Source: Thermodesulfobacteriota bacterium (GTDB lineage: Bacteria > Desulfobacterota > Desulfarculia > JACQYL01). From it: a DNA stretch of 64,000 nt. The stretch spans positions 1,664,001 to 1,728,000 of the forward strand of contig CAXXLZ010000002.1 in NCBI GenBank assembly GCA_963675595.2. Direction: 5' to 3'. This document shows positions 30,940 through 40,834 of this stretch, one piece after another (position 1 is the first letter of the stretch; each line of letters begins with the position of its first letter). The notes under the pieces were generated by a model, which saw nothing but the letters and a program-made list of their open reading frames with translations, was not told where the DNA came from and ran no database searches. A program made the translations under genes and the position numbers.

Positions 30940-33900
30940 CCTTCCTCCTGTACCACCAGGAAGGCGACGAGTTCGAAGTCGTCGAGGCCTGAAATCGTGT
31001 TGAGCAGCGCCGTCGTTTTGCCTCCGGTAAAGAGGCTGTCGAGGTCCTTTTCCTCTTTCACGTCGATCATGGAGCGGATGGCCGTGCCGAGCAGGTCGGA
31101 ATAGGCCTTCATGTTCCGGCCTTCGTCGGTCTGCTGATTGAACAGGCGGCAGACCGCCTGAATGGGCTCCGATTGCCCCTTGCAACTGGATCGTACCAGG
31201 TCGAGCAGTGTTTTGACCTCAGTGTGGTTGGCGATGACTTGGCCCTCGCCGGAGATATAGATCAGGTAATAAGGGTGCAGCCGGTTCTGCTGATTGATGT
31301 TGATCGCATGGTTGCGGTTGCGCAGTGCGAAGATGACACCGGGGTGCAATCCCATTGCGGGCCGGGCTGGGACAACCGCATGCATGCCATTGGGCGCGTT
31401 GGCAAGGTCGCCATTGGTTTTGACATAGTTCAGCAGATCCATGCGAAAGTCGTTCAGGCCGAGATCGGTGATAGACACGCCCGTTTTCACGTCTTCCAGT
31501 TCGATCACCTCTTCCTGCAGCCGACGAAGTTGCTCTTTCCGATACGAAATCTCGCTGCTTTTTGCCGTGAGGACGTTATCGTCGCCGGTGGCCGTCACGT
31601 CGGCAATAATCATCCGGTTTTCGACCCGTTCCTTGAGATTGATGTATTCATCCAAAGAAATATCGGGCCAGTAGTTCACCAGCTGGATGGTCTTGTTGAT
31701 GGAGCCGATGCGGTCGATCCGGCCGAATCGCTGAATGATGCGGACCGGGTTCCAGTGGATGTCATAGTTGACCAGGTAATCGCAGTCCTGAAGGTTCTGT
31801 CCTTCGGAGAGACAGTCGGTGCCAATCAGCACGTCCAATTCAGCCGGTTCATTTGGAAGCACCTGAGCCTTCTCTTTGGCGCGAGGAGAAAAAAGCGTCA
31901 ACAGCGAGTGGAAATCATAATTCTTTTTGAGGGTTGATTTCGGTGTATCCTTGCCGGTTACTCTTCCGGTGTGCAGTCCCTCTCTTGCCAGTATGGTATC
32001 CGCCAGGTTGTTGTAAAGGTAATTCGCAGTATCGGCAAAGGCAGTGAAAACAAGGACTTTTCTGTTGCCGACATTGATGGGGTTTTCAATCTTGCTGAGA
32101 ATCAGGGCCTTCAGGTGTTGCAGCTTGGCGTCGGCCTCGGGAGTGACTTTTGCCATGGACTCCAGCAAGACGTTAATGACTTCCAGATCAACCTTCAGGT
32201 CATGTTCCCACGATGGAAGATCCATATCCGCAAGGTTGATTTTGACCTTACCGCCAATTTCGGCGTCACCCGTAACCGGGATATCGTCCTCCTCGGCTTC
32301 GAGGTTTGCCAGGCTATCGGTCCAGTCGGAGACACTGCCAGCATCGCCTGCGACCCTGAATGAATTGATTTTGCTCAGGGTGCGGGTGTGGTTGTCGTGC
32401 AGGCTTTTCAGGGTAAGCCGAAAAGCCTCGACCGAGCTTTCCAGTCGCTTGAGCAGATTGGTCGTCATCAATGCCTGCAGGCTTCGTTCGCGGTCTGCCT
32501 GCTTCAGCTTCCCTTTGCCGCCTTCCACCTGCGTGTCGTACAAGTCTTCATATTTTTTGAGCCGACTGGGCAGGATGTAGCTGATCGGGGCATAGACGGC
32601 GAGCTTGAGCAGCGAGAGCTGTTCAAAGATTTCGTTAAAGTTCATGACATCCGTGCGCCCGGTCAGTGGCGAATGGAATGACAGAGGTTTACGGCGCTCG
32701 GGAAACTGGCCTATGTCACTGGTGTCGTAAAAGGTCTGGATGTGCTTACGCGAACGGGCAATGGTGACGCTGTCAAGCAGTTCAAAAAAGTCAAAATCAA
32801 GGGAATCCAGAATAGCTCGCGCCGTGCGATCCTCCGGCGCCAATTTTGACCATTGGTTGAAAATCCTTTGGGCATTGCGGAAGATTTCTTCCACCGATCT
32901 GCCCGTGCGCAGCTTCTTGCTGAGATTTTCGGAATCGCCTTCGTAAGCCAGTGCGAGTTGGTTGCGCAGATCATTGAAGCGGTTGTTGACCGGGGTGGCT
33001 GACAGCATCAGAACCTTGGTTTTAACGCCCTGGCGCACAACCTGATTCATCAGTTTCTGGTAACGGGTTTCCCGGTCTTTGACGGCATCGTTGTTGCGGA
33101 AATTATGCGATTCGTCGATAACGACGAGATCATAATTGCCCCAGTTAACGCGGTTCAGAGGAATGCCGAACGACTCGCCCGAGGTGCGGGAAAGGTCGGT
33201 GTGGCACAGAACGTCGTAATTGAAGCGATCCCTGGAGAAGATATTGGTCGTCAGGTTGCAGTTGTAGTTCAGCCAGTTGTCCGCGAGCTTCTTGGGGCAC
33301 AGAACAAGTACCGAACGGTTCCGCAGTTCGTAGTATTTTACAACGGCCAAAGCCGTGAATGTTTTACCAAGCCCAACGCTGTCGGCCAAGATGCAGCCGT
33401 TGTAGGTTTCCAGCTTGTTGATAATGCCTATGGCGGCATCACGCTGAAAGTTGAAAAGCTTGTTCCAGACCAGCGTATCCTGATAACCCGTGCGGTCGTT
33501 GGGCAGGACGTCTTCGTCGATATCATCGAGAAAATCACTAAAGATGTTGTAAAGCATCAGAAAGTAGATGCGTTCAGCTGAATTTTCCTGATAGACCGAT
33601 GCAATGTGGTCACAGATCGCCGCCGTAACATCTTCGAGTTTCTCGGGGTCGCTCCAGATCTGGTCAAAAAGCTGAAGGTATGTCGACGTAAAGGCCATCT
33701 CGTCTACCCGGTTGACGATGTTGGAAACGGCATCCCCCTGCTGATATCCCAAATCCACGGCGGTGAAACCATGTAAAGGCATATATGCCGCTTCCAGCGA
33801 AGGCCCCTGAATGCAGGCAAACTGCTGCATCGGAGATTTGGTTTTGTTGGAGCGGAATCTGGCTTTGCGGCGCATCCATTCGGCACACTCGCGGGCAATG

Positions 33901-34208
33901 GCGCGCTGGGTGAGTTTATTGCGAAGCTGGATTTCAAATTCGGAGCCGTAGAGGCTGCGTTCCCGGTTGGCCTTAGGGATGAAAAATTCTCGACGTTCTT
34001 TTCTGAGCTTGTCGGTGACTTCGTTGGGCACGAAGGTCGGTGCAGTGAAGATGAATTCCAACGACTCAATCTTTGCGAGCTCGGACTTTAGGGCCTCATA
34101 CGCATAAATCGAAAAGCACGATGCCGCGATCTTCAATTTGGCCTTGGGGTGGATGGAAGCCTTCAGATCGTCGCCCAGCAAAGAATTGATATTGTCGATG
34201 ATCTTCAT
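30936..34208 (-). CDS. SNF2-family helicase associated with type III R-M
   Basis: ADSVGLGKT, IDESH, LSATP, SEGQNLQD, WNPVRIIQRFGRIDRIG. Confidence 0.92.
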   Translation of the reverse strand: MKIIDNINSLLGDDLKASIHPKAKLKIAASCFSIYAYEALKSELAKIESLEFIFTAPTFVPNEVTDKLRKERREFFIPKANRERSLYGSEFEIQLRNKLTQRAIARECAEWMRRKARFRSNKTKSPMQQFACIQGPSLEAAYMPLHGFTAVDLGYQQGDAVSNIVNRVDEMAFTSTYLQLFDQIWSDPEKLEDVTAAICDHIASVYQENSAERIYFLMLYNIFSDFLDDIDEDVLPNDRTGYQDTLVWNKLFNFQRDAAIGIINKLETYNGCILADSVGLGKTFTALAVVKYYELRNRSVLVLCPKKLADNWLNYNCNLTTNIFSRDRFNYDVLCHTDLSRTSGESFGIPLNRVNWGNYDLVVIDESHNFRNNDAVKDRETRYQKLMNQVVRQGVKTKVLMLSATPVNNRFNDLRNQLALAYEGDSENLSKKLRTGRSVEEIFRNAQRIFNQWSKLAPEDRTARAILDSLDFDFFELLDSVTIARSRKHIQTFYDTSDIGQFPERRKPLSFHSPLTGRTDVMNFNEIFEQLSLLKLAVYAPISYILPSRLKKYEDLYDTQVEGGKGKLKQADRERSLQALMTTNLLKRLESSVEAFRLTLKSLHDNHTRTLSKINSFRVAGDAGSVSDWTDSLANLEAEEDDIPVTGDAEIGGKVKINLADMDLPSWEHDLKVDLEVINVLLESMAKVTPEADAKLQHLKALILSKIENPINVGNRKVLVFTAFADTANYLYNNLADTILAREGLHTGRVTGKDTPKSTLKKNYDFHSLLTLFSPRAKEKAQVLPNEPAELDVLIGTDCLSEGQNLQDCDYLVNYDIHWNPVRIIQRFGRIDRIGSINKTIQLVNYWPDISLDEYINLKERVENRMIIADVTATGDDNVLTAKSSEISYRKEQLRRLQEEVIELEDVKTGVSITDLGLNDFRMDLLNYVKTNGDLANAPNGMHAVVPARPAMGLHPGVIFALRNRNHAININQQNRLHPYYLIYISGEGQVIANHTEVKTLLDLVRSSCKGQSEPIQAVCRLFNQQTDEGRNMKAYSDLLGTAIRSMIDVKEEKDLDSLFTGGKTTALLNTISGLDDFELVAFLVVQEEG

Positions 34209-34229
34209 CGACCACGGTCCTTTTTGCTG

Positions 34230-34400
34230 CTTTCAACCGTGCCGCCGGTCTTCACAGAATGGTTGATCTTGTTTTCTTCAACTTTCAAAGCAGGCCCATG
34301 CGATGGGCGGGCATCGCCTGCTTGTCCATCCACTTGTACACGCTGTCGTTGCAGAGCCGAGGTACTTCCGCGTTTCAGTTGTTGATGACCAACATACTGT
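34230..34400 (-). pseudogene. Degraded excisionase-type HTH (HTH_17-like) regulator gene
   Basis: Frames give ...KYLG / NDSVYKWMDKQAMPAHRMGLL*KLKK... with frameshifts and a stop. Confidence 0.65.
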
Positions 34401-34994
34401 TTTGTTTTCATTTTTTTGCTCCATAGATGCTGTGGTTGGCCACCACCGCCGAAGCCGAAACGGGAGAGATCGGGTGCACTTCTTCCCACGTCAAAGACGT
34501 CCTCAACGTACAAATGGATTACGTGGTACGTGCAAACGATTTGTATCGATTTCAGCCGATCATTGTCAATGACGCTCGATGCCGGACGCCGGTATCGAGC
34601 CGTGGGGCCCTTATCAATGCGCCGTATCCGGCAGGACCAGAATGGGATGACTGCACCCTCCACGGGAATGGCCCGGGGAGGCGTTTGATGGTCCTTGCCG
34701 AGTCGTCCTAAGAATTGTCATGTTGAGAAATCCTGGACCCGAGCCATGGATCTGGCCGTAATACAACGTCCAGACGACAGGCTCCGCAAAATATGCAAGA
34801 CGAACGTGCCAGAAAGCTCTGCCAAAACCGACAGAGGCTTGTTTCTTGGCCCCCTGTTCAGGACAGGATGTGAGAGGGAAGCAGGACAGAAAATACGTCA
34901 CAACGACGGCCCACCTTAGCTCACAGCGCTTGTTAGCGCATCATATTTCAGTCTGGATGGACGAATGCCTACCGAAAGAGATCGTATCTTCCGG

Positions 34995-36173
34995 TCAGTT
35001 GCTGTTCATCGCATCCTCTTTCATTTTTGAGAGCTTTCCAAGCTCTTTCTCAAGACCCTGAACGCTATTCAGCTCCAGCCGAACCTCCTCGTCGATCTGC
35101 ATTGCTCGCTGCAAGTATGGCCGGGCATCAAGAGGATAGGCGGACCTGCCGATAACTTCGGCTGCTGATCGGAGAGAAGCCTTGAACTCCTCCATCAAAG
35201 CGGCAATCCGTTGGCCGAGGGTTTCGACTGCTTGGTGAAGTCGGAGTGTTTCGCTTTCCAGTTCGATTTCCCTTTGCAGCCTTTCCTTTTCCTTGCCATG
35301 GGCTGTGCTCATCCGGTCTCTGAGTTGGGTGAGATGGTAGGCATCGGATCGTTTGAGGTCAGCGTTGGAGGACTCGAGCTGTTTCATGCGTTTTTCGATT
35401 TGGTGTTCCGAATCCGCGATGGAGACCAATCTGTCCGCGATCTTCTTCCTCGCGAAAGGCGTTACTCCTTCTGTTTCAAGAATCCTGAGGATCGATACGA
35501 TACGTTGGAGGATATCTTCTGAATCTCCCCGGCTTTTCTTGGAGAGCTTTCCCTGTTTCTTCGAGGACTTGATCTCCTGTTCCTCGAATTCGACATCCCG
35601 ATCAATCTGTTGGGTGAATTCAGGGTTTGCTTCAATCTTGGATGCGAGGGACGTGATCGAGGTTTTTGAGAAGATCGTGTGAAAGATCGAATAGAGGAGC
35701 TTTCCGGCAGCGAACACGAAGACGAAGAAAAGCGTGGTCCTGAGCCAGGGCGCCCTTTGGTGGACAAAGTCCATGATGGACGGCGACACTGCCTGGATGG
35801 AGAAATAGATCATAACGAACGCGAGGGACAAAGCCGTCGACGCATGGAAACCCAGGTGCCGGGCGAGTTGATACAGCACCAAGCCGACGATGAAGAGAAG
35901 GAAGAAGATTGCCATCGGGCCAAAGGAAGCGAGACTGAACCTGAGCCGTGATTCAGCGACAGATAATCCTACAGACAAGAGAAGCGATACGGCGACTGTG
36001 AGAAGGCTCCCGCCTTTGCCTGTGAAACGCTTGCCGAGAGTGACCTGGCTGACTCCAAGGAAGAAGAGAAAAGCGAGGACGAAATCGACTCCCACAGCGT
36101 AGCGGTCGTAGATGTACGGGATATCGAATATTGAAAGGAGTTCCCAGATTTCATCGAGTCCGCTGCCGGCCAT
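34995..36173 (-). CDS. Membrane protein with about 5 N-terminal TM segments and a long coiled-coil C-terminus
   Basis: Hydrophobic residues ~25-165, then heptad-rich charged helices. Confidence 0.75.
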   Translation of the reverse strand: MAGSGLDEIWELLSIFDIPYIYDRYAVGVDFVLAFLFFLGVSQVTLGKRFTGKGGSLLTVAVSLLLSVGLSVAESRLRFSLASFGPMAIFFLLFIVGLVLYQLARHLGFHASTALSLAFVMIYFSIQAVSPSIMDFVHQRAPWLRTTLFFVFVFAAGKLLYSIFHTIFSKTSITSLASKIEANPEFTQQIDRDVEFEEQEIKSSKKQGKLSKKSRGDSEDILQRIVSILRILETEGVTPFARKKIADRLVSIADSEHQIEKRMKQLESSNADLKRSDAYHLTQLRDRMSTAHGKEKERLQREIELESETLRLHQAVETLGQRIAALMEEFKASLRSAAEVIGRSAYPLDARPYLQRAMQIDEEVRLELNSVQGLEKELGKLSKMKEDAMNSN

Positions 36174-36271
36174 ACCGGATGATCGGGAAGCGCGGGTATA
36201 AATAGTTTTCGGATGTCGGTGGAGATGACCACCGGGAAAGGGAGATAGGGTCTTCCTATGATCAAGGCCTG

Positions 36272-36916
36272 CTATCGAGGAAACCGTGTCTCTCTTCTAG
36301 CGTTTTTCCAAGCAAGACAGGCGATGGTGAGGATGGCGGAAACGAGGGCCAAGCCTGTAAGCGTTCCTGCGATGGGGCCTATTTTGTCGGTCTTCATGAC
36401 GTTGTCATCGATCAGTTCGCGGTACCAGGCCGGGATTTGGACAGCGTAAGATTTCGATTTCAGTTCGCCGAAGCTGTCTGCGTAGCGGCTTTGGTAGGAG
36501 ATCGCATGCCGTCCGATTGAGAGGTTCGAAGCGCCGGTATCTCTCGGCCTTGATTGAACGGCGTTTACGAATTGTTCGGGGAAGACGAAGTGCGCATGCC
36601 AGAGTCCGTCCCGGTTCGTGAATCCCTGAAAGAATCGGTCGAGCTTGGAGCCTGTGAAATGGGACTTGGTTTTGATGCGGTCGTATTTGAGGACGAAGTC
36701 GTTGACTTCGGACTCGGAGAGGACTTCGACTCCGCCGAAGAGTTCGCTGATCTGGCGGATGCCGTCCCTTAGAGCGTTTGCTGGATTTGTCCCAATTCCT
36801 ACGATTTCAAAGCCGTCAGAAGCAATGCCCTGGCCACCAGCAAAGAAAACAATGATAAGTAGGACGGCGATTGATGAAGACAGGCGCATGGCACTCACCA
36901 GACAAAGACTTATCAT
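36272..36916 (-). CDS. Hypothetical exported protein with signal peptide and C-terminal TM anchor
   Basis: Hydrophobic N-terminus; IAGTLTGLALVSAILTIACLAW followed by a basic tail. Confidence 0.65.
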   Translation of the reverse strand: MISLCLVSAMRLSSSIAVLLIIVFFAGGQGIASDGFEIVGIGTNPANALRDGIRQISELFGGVEVLSESEVNDFVLKYDRIKTKSHFTGSKLDRFFQGFTNRDGLWHAHFVFPEQFVNAVQSRPRDTGASNLSIGRHAISYQSRYADSFGELKSKSYAVQIPAWYRELIDDNVMKTDKIGPIAGTLTGLALVSAILTIACLAWKNARRETRFPR

Positions 36917-36945
36917 ACAATAACTTATAGTTCACCTGACTAATT

Positions 36946-38381
36946 GGTAGTGTCCAGAATATTTCGCACTTTGTAGGAGTCGTCCCTCGCACGGTGGTTT
37001 GAGGAGGCAGCCCCGGGTTCCATACGCCGAGGCTGCCGGTCGATATCAGCAGGCGGCTTTGAGCCTTTCTTCCTGCTCGTTAAGACGATCCATATTCAAG
37101 TACGCCCGGGTGCCCCACCGGGTGCCGACTATGTGACGCAGTCGGGCTGAGACGAGCATGAGGGCGGATTGCCCGTCGGGAAAGCACCCTACCACCCGAG
37201 TCCTGCGACGGATTTCCCGCATGAGGCGTTCCATGGGATTATTGGTACGCAGGCTCCGCCAGTGTTCTCTGGGGAAGGCGTAGTACCTCAACGTTTCTTC
37301 CGCTCCATCCCGCACGAGACGGGCCGCCTTGGGAAGTTTCATGGTTTCGAGTTTTCGTGTCACGGACTCGACCTTTTCCAGGGCCGCTTGACGATCCTCT
37401 TGGGCGTGGATCGCCTTGAGCATCGCCGCCACTTCCTTCACCTTGCCTTTGGGAACCGCCGTGAATACGTTGCGATAGAAATGGACGGCGCACCGTTGCC
37501 AAAGAGCCTCGGGATAGAACTCCGCCAGGGACTCGATCAGGCCGAGGCATTTGTCGCTGATGATGAGTTCAACGCCCCACAGGCCCCGGCGCTTGAGATG
37601 CCGCAGGAAACGGCTCCAGCTTTCCTTGTCTTCCTTGGTCCCTTCCACAACGCCGAGAACTTCTCGAAACCCCTCGACGTTGACCCCGACGGCCACCAGT
37701 ACCGATACGTTGCGGACTTCCCCTCCCCAACTCCGTTTCAGCCACACCCCATCCAAGTACACGTAGGCGTACTTTCCCTCGATCGGCCGATCCAGCCAAT
37801 CCTGTATCCGCACATAGAGCTTCTTGTTGAGTTCACTCACCGTGGACGGACTGACCCGCGTTCCCCAAAGCGCTTCCGTGATGTCTTCCACGCGCCTCAC
37901 CGAAACTCCGGCCAAATACATTTCGATCAGCGCTTCCTCCACGGAAGACTCTCGTCTCCGGTATCGTTCGATAATCGCGGTTTCGAAAGTCAGGGTTCGC
38001 AACTTGGGTACCTTCAGCTCCACTTCTCCCGCCTTGGTATGCAAACTCCGCTTATAATGACCCGCCCTCGTGTCCTTACGGCCTTCCGTTCGTTCGTATC
38101 GATCCGCGCCGCACAACACCGCCGCTTCCGATTCCAGTAGGGCGTTCAGCGTTTCTTCCACCGTCCCCCGAACCACTTCGTCCAAATGCCGATGAAGAGC
38201 GGCTTCCTCAATCTTGATGATTTCTCCCTGTCCCCGGCCTTCACTTCCCGATCCACTCCTGTTATCTTCCATTCCGTAGCCCTCCTTCTCGGTCCTCGGT
38301 TCTAGTTCTTTCTCAAACCAAACCGTACCCGATCGAGGGCTACCCCTTCTACGAAATCTGCGAAATATTCCCTACCTTATC
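36946..38381 (-). mobile_element. IS256-family insertion sequence (1436 bp)
   Basis: Imperfect IRs containing GAATATTTCGCA; 8-bp duplication GACTAATT (36938-36945, 38382-38389). Confidence 0.93.
37046..38272 (-). CDS. IS256-family transposase
   Basis: EMYLAGVSVRRV, YVYLDG, ISD, WQRC.VHFYRN, RTNNPMERLMREIRRR. Confidence 0.95.
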   Translation of the reverse strand: MEDNRSGSGSEGRGQGEIIKIEEAALHRHLDEVVRGTVEETLNALLESEAAVLCGADRYERTEGRKDTRAGHYKRSLHTKAGEVELKVPKLRTLTFETAIIERYRRRESSVEEALIEMYLAGVSVRRVEDITEALWGTRVSPSTVSELNKKLYVRIQDWLDRPIEGKYAYVYLDGVWLKRSWGGEVRNVSVLVAVGVNVEGFREVLGVVEGTKEDKESWSRFLRHLKRRGLWGVELIISDKCLGLIESLAEFYPEALWQRCAVHFYRNVFTAVPKGKVKEVAAMLKAIHAQEDRQAALEKVESVTRKLETMKLPKAARLVRDGAEETLRYYAFPREHWRSLRTNNPMERLMREIRRRTRVVGCFPDGQSALMLVSARLRHIVGTRWGTRAYLNMDRLNEQEERLKAAC

Positions 38382-38579
38382 GACTAATTACAGCTTTTAT
38401 TATTTACAGTTTAAACAGATAGACCCTGGATATCAAGCAAAAGGCTTTGTACAACACCTGTATAGGCGGATATACATGGCGTTGTACTTTGAGTCCGTCG
38501 AGAAATATCGATAAAGCTTCAATGTGGTGTATGGAATTATGAAAATACATACTATTTGATATAGGGGAATCTTCCTAAA

Positions 38580-40205
38580 TCAGTGCTCATTCGATTTTAG
38601 CATATCGTAATTGTCAAAAAACAGCGCAAGTAAGCTCTTGTGGAGGTCGTTACATTTATTGTAATCTAAAGGTTTACTGAGGTCACATTGTAGGTAATTA
38701 TTGCAGAATTCCGTATTTCTGTCGAAATAACTAAAATGCTTCCGCATGACGCAATAAATGTATTTCGAGTACATAAATTGCTGTATGTAGCTCGCCCATC
38801 CCAAAAGCTTTTCCTGAGCTTCATTACGGTTCTTCCAGCCAACTATATCTCCACCTATGAATAGTGGGAGTGGAATCATATCAAGAGGAAAATACCCATT
38901 GATAAATTCGATCATATTCTTATCCTGATATCTCAGGAGCTGGATCGACATATCTATGAAAAAGCCGGTGTCAAAGAAAAAGTTAAATGATATATGAGTA
39001 TTTCTTTTGACTTGTTCCAAGAAGTCAATTGTGGCATCAATCGTTGTGGATACCTGTGGCCATCCGAGAATATCCGGTATATTATTTACAATATTAATTG
39101 TTTTGATTAATATATTATTGCATCTAAATCTATCCAATAATTTATCTATACTTAAAACCATTTGCAGGAAAAATAAGCATGGGCTTCCTATCAAGGCCAT
39201 TTCATGATCATACTGATCAAAACCATAAAATGGATTATCTTGAGTCGGAAATCTCAGTAGAAAAGAAGTTTCTTTTGTTGTGAGTCCACTCTGCATCATG
39301 GCTAAATAAAGAAAAGGCTTGAATAGTTTTTCTGTTATTTTTTCTAAGCTATCCTTGAAGTAATCGAGTCTATGGTTTTTGTCGAACTTACTTATATGCA
39401 AGTACAGCAATCGATTCAATAAATAATATGATGTATTCGAAACCCTAATTCTAAGCCTATCATTAAGCGAAGATATTATGTTGCTGGCTTCTTGTAATTC
39501 GCAATAATTAGCAAAAAGGTCGGCTTGGCTTCCTGCCATGGATGATAGTATCGTCTTTCCAAGAAAATGATTTAGGAATATGTTATTAGCCAGAGAGTGA
39601 GCATATGATTCAAAAACCTGTACAGACCCTATATTAAGTCTTTGTTCTTTCCCATCATAGTCTTGCAATATCACCGTTGGAGTATCATAGCCATACCGGC
39701 CGATTTGATGGTGCTCTATTTCCAAAGACCAGTCGGTGATCCGGTCCAGTTGAAGGTTAACAGGCCAAACATCGGTACCTGAGAGCTTTTCCAAGACTTG
39801 GCCCACTTTGTAAGCGTTCCATAGAATATGGTCGAAGTTGGTGCCGTATTTGTTGCGATAGCCGCGCACATCTTCGGCCGTAAGCGGACTGTGTTCATAA
39901 CCTCTGTATCGGTTCAGGTGGTGCGTAAAGGGCAAAATAATCGGCTGTCCCTCCTCAGCCATGGATCGGACCCTGAGATTCAGCGGTATCAAAGCGTGAA
40001 ATTTGAAAAGGGTAGTGAGTATTCCGTGCGTCGTGCCGAGAGAGTGGATGTAGTGGACGAATTCGTGGAAGAGATTGTGCGTCAGATCTACGTGGTTTTG
40101 TGAAAGCGGAGAATCAACATCCGGATCGTACGAAAGAGGTTTCCCGGTAAAGACGCAGAGGCTGAGTAAGTCGAAAACACTGCGGTTACTTCGAAGGCTC
40201 ATCAC
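38580..40205 (-). CDS. HExxH (gluzincin-like) hypothetical protein, AT-rich
   Basis: LFHEFVHYIH..GT..G, downstream VFESYA; RBS GGAGG; C-terminal Cys residues. Confidence 0.65.
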   Translation of the reverse strand: MMSLRSNRSVFDLLSLCVFTGKPLSYDPDVDSPLSQNHVDLTHNLFHEFVHYIHSLGTTHGILTTLFKFHALIPLNLRVRSMAEEGQPIILPFTHHLNRYRGYEHSPLTAEDVRGYRNKYGTNFDHILWNAYKVGQVLEKLSGTDVWPVNLQLDRITDWSLEIEHHQIGRYGYDTPTVILQDYDGKEQRLNIGSVQVFESYAHSLANNIFLNHFLGKTILSSMAGSQADLFANYCELQEASNIISSLNDRLRIRVSNTSYYLLNRLLYLHISKFDKNHRLDYFKDSLEKITEKLFKPFLYLAMMQSGLTTKETSFLLRFPTQDNPFYGFDQYDHEMALIGSPCLFFLQMVLSIDKLLDRFRCNNILIKTINIVNNIPDILGWPQVSTTIDATIDFLEQVKRNTHISFNFFFDTGFFIDMSIQLLRYQDKNMIEFINGYFPLDMIPLPLFIGGDIVGWKNRNEAQEKLLGWASYIQQFMYSKYIYCVMRKHFSYFDRNTEFCNNYLQCDLSKPLDYNKCNDLHKSLLALFFDNYDMLKSNEH

Positions 40206-40252
40206 GAACCTCCAAACCGACTTTGAGGTTACGCTTTTCTTGGACTGCGGTA

Positions 40253-40834
40253 TTAGGCGATGCCTTTGGATTTTTTCCTGAGGACGTAGATAACCTCCTC
40301 ATTCCCGAGCAGCAATTCGATCTGTAAATCTCCCACTTCCCAGTTGCCCAATTCCGTGAGATCATCTCCTTCCAAATCGGGACTATGAAGGACAGTACCT
40401 CCGTACGAACCTTGGCGGCCGGCTTGGTCAAGCAATTTCGGGATGTCCAGAAGTTTTTCGAAAAGAACCGCTCCGTCTGCGGATTCGATTACAAATCGTG
40501 AGGAGGTAGGGGTCGAAAGCGTTCCGACGAATTCCGTGACGTTGGACAGGTCAATTTCTTCCATTTGAGAAGCGAAGTTAACTACATATACGCTTTCCTT
40601 GTTTATCGAAGCGCTTTCTGGCGTGGCTCCCTGCAATTCTTCTCGCATGCTCGGAATGACCCGTCTAAGCAATTTGTCTATCCCTCTGAAGTTCTCTTCC
40701 TCCTGTTCGATAGTCATAGCAAGCTCAGAGCATTCGTTGCATTCAAGAAGATGGATAGCCATCTCGTCATCCATTTCCGTTCCATCGAGGATGGATTCCA
40801 ATATCTTTTCTCTCATCACATCGTGAGTCGTCAA
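40253..40834 (-). CDS. Zinc-binding anti-sigma factor-like protein (ZAS)
   Basis: HLLECNEC = HxxxCxxC near the N-terminus; TTG start overlaps the sigma stop (TTGA) with GGAGG upstream; no TM segment. Confidence 0.65.
   Translation of the reverse strand: MTTHDVMREKILESILDGTEMDDEMAIHLLECNECSELAMTIEQEEENFRGIDKLLRRVIPSMREELQGATPESASINKESVYVVNFASQMEEIDLSNVTEFVGTLSTPTSSRFVIESADGAVLFEKLLDIPKLLDQAGRQGSYGGTVLHSPDLEGDDLTELGNWEVGDLQIELLLGNEEVIYVLRKKSKGIA

Noticed and set aside
34205-34663. 152-aa ORF upstream of the SNF2 helicase
   Set aside because: Out-of-frame read across a degraded HTH pseudogene; not protein-like
34895-34945. Possible integron attC site (GTCACAAC...GCGCTTGTTAGCGC)
   Set aside because: Too short, inner boxes do not pair, and there is no integron integrase or second site
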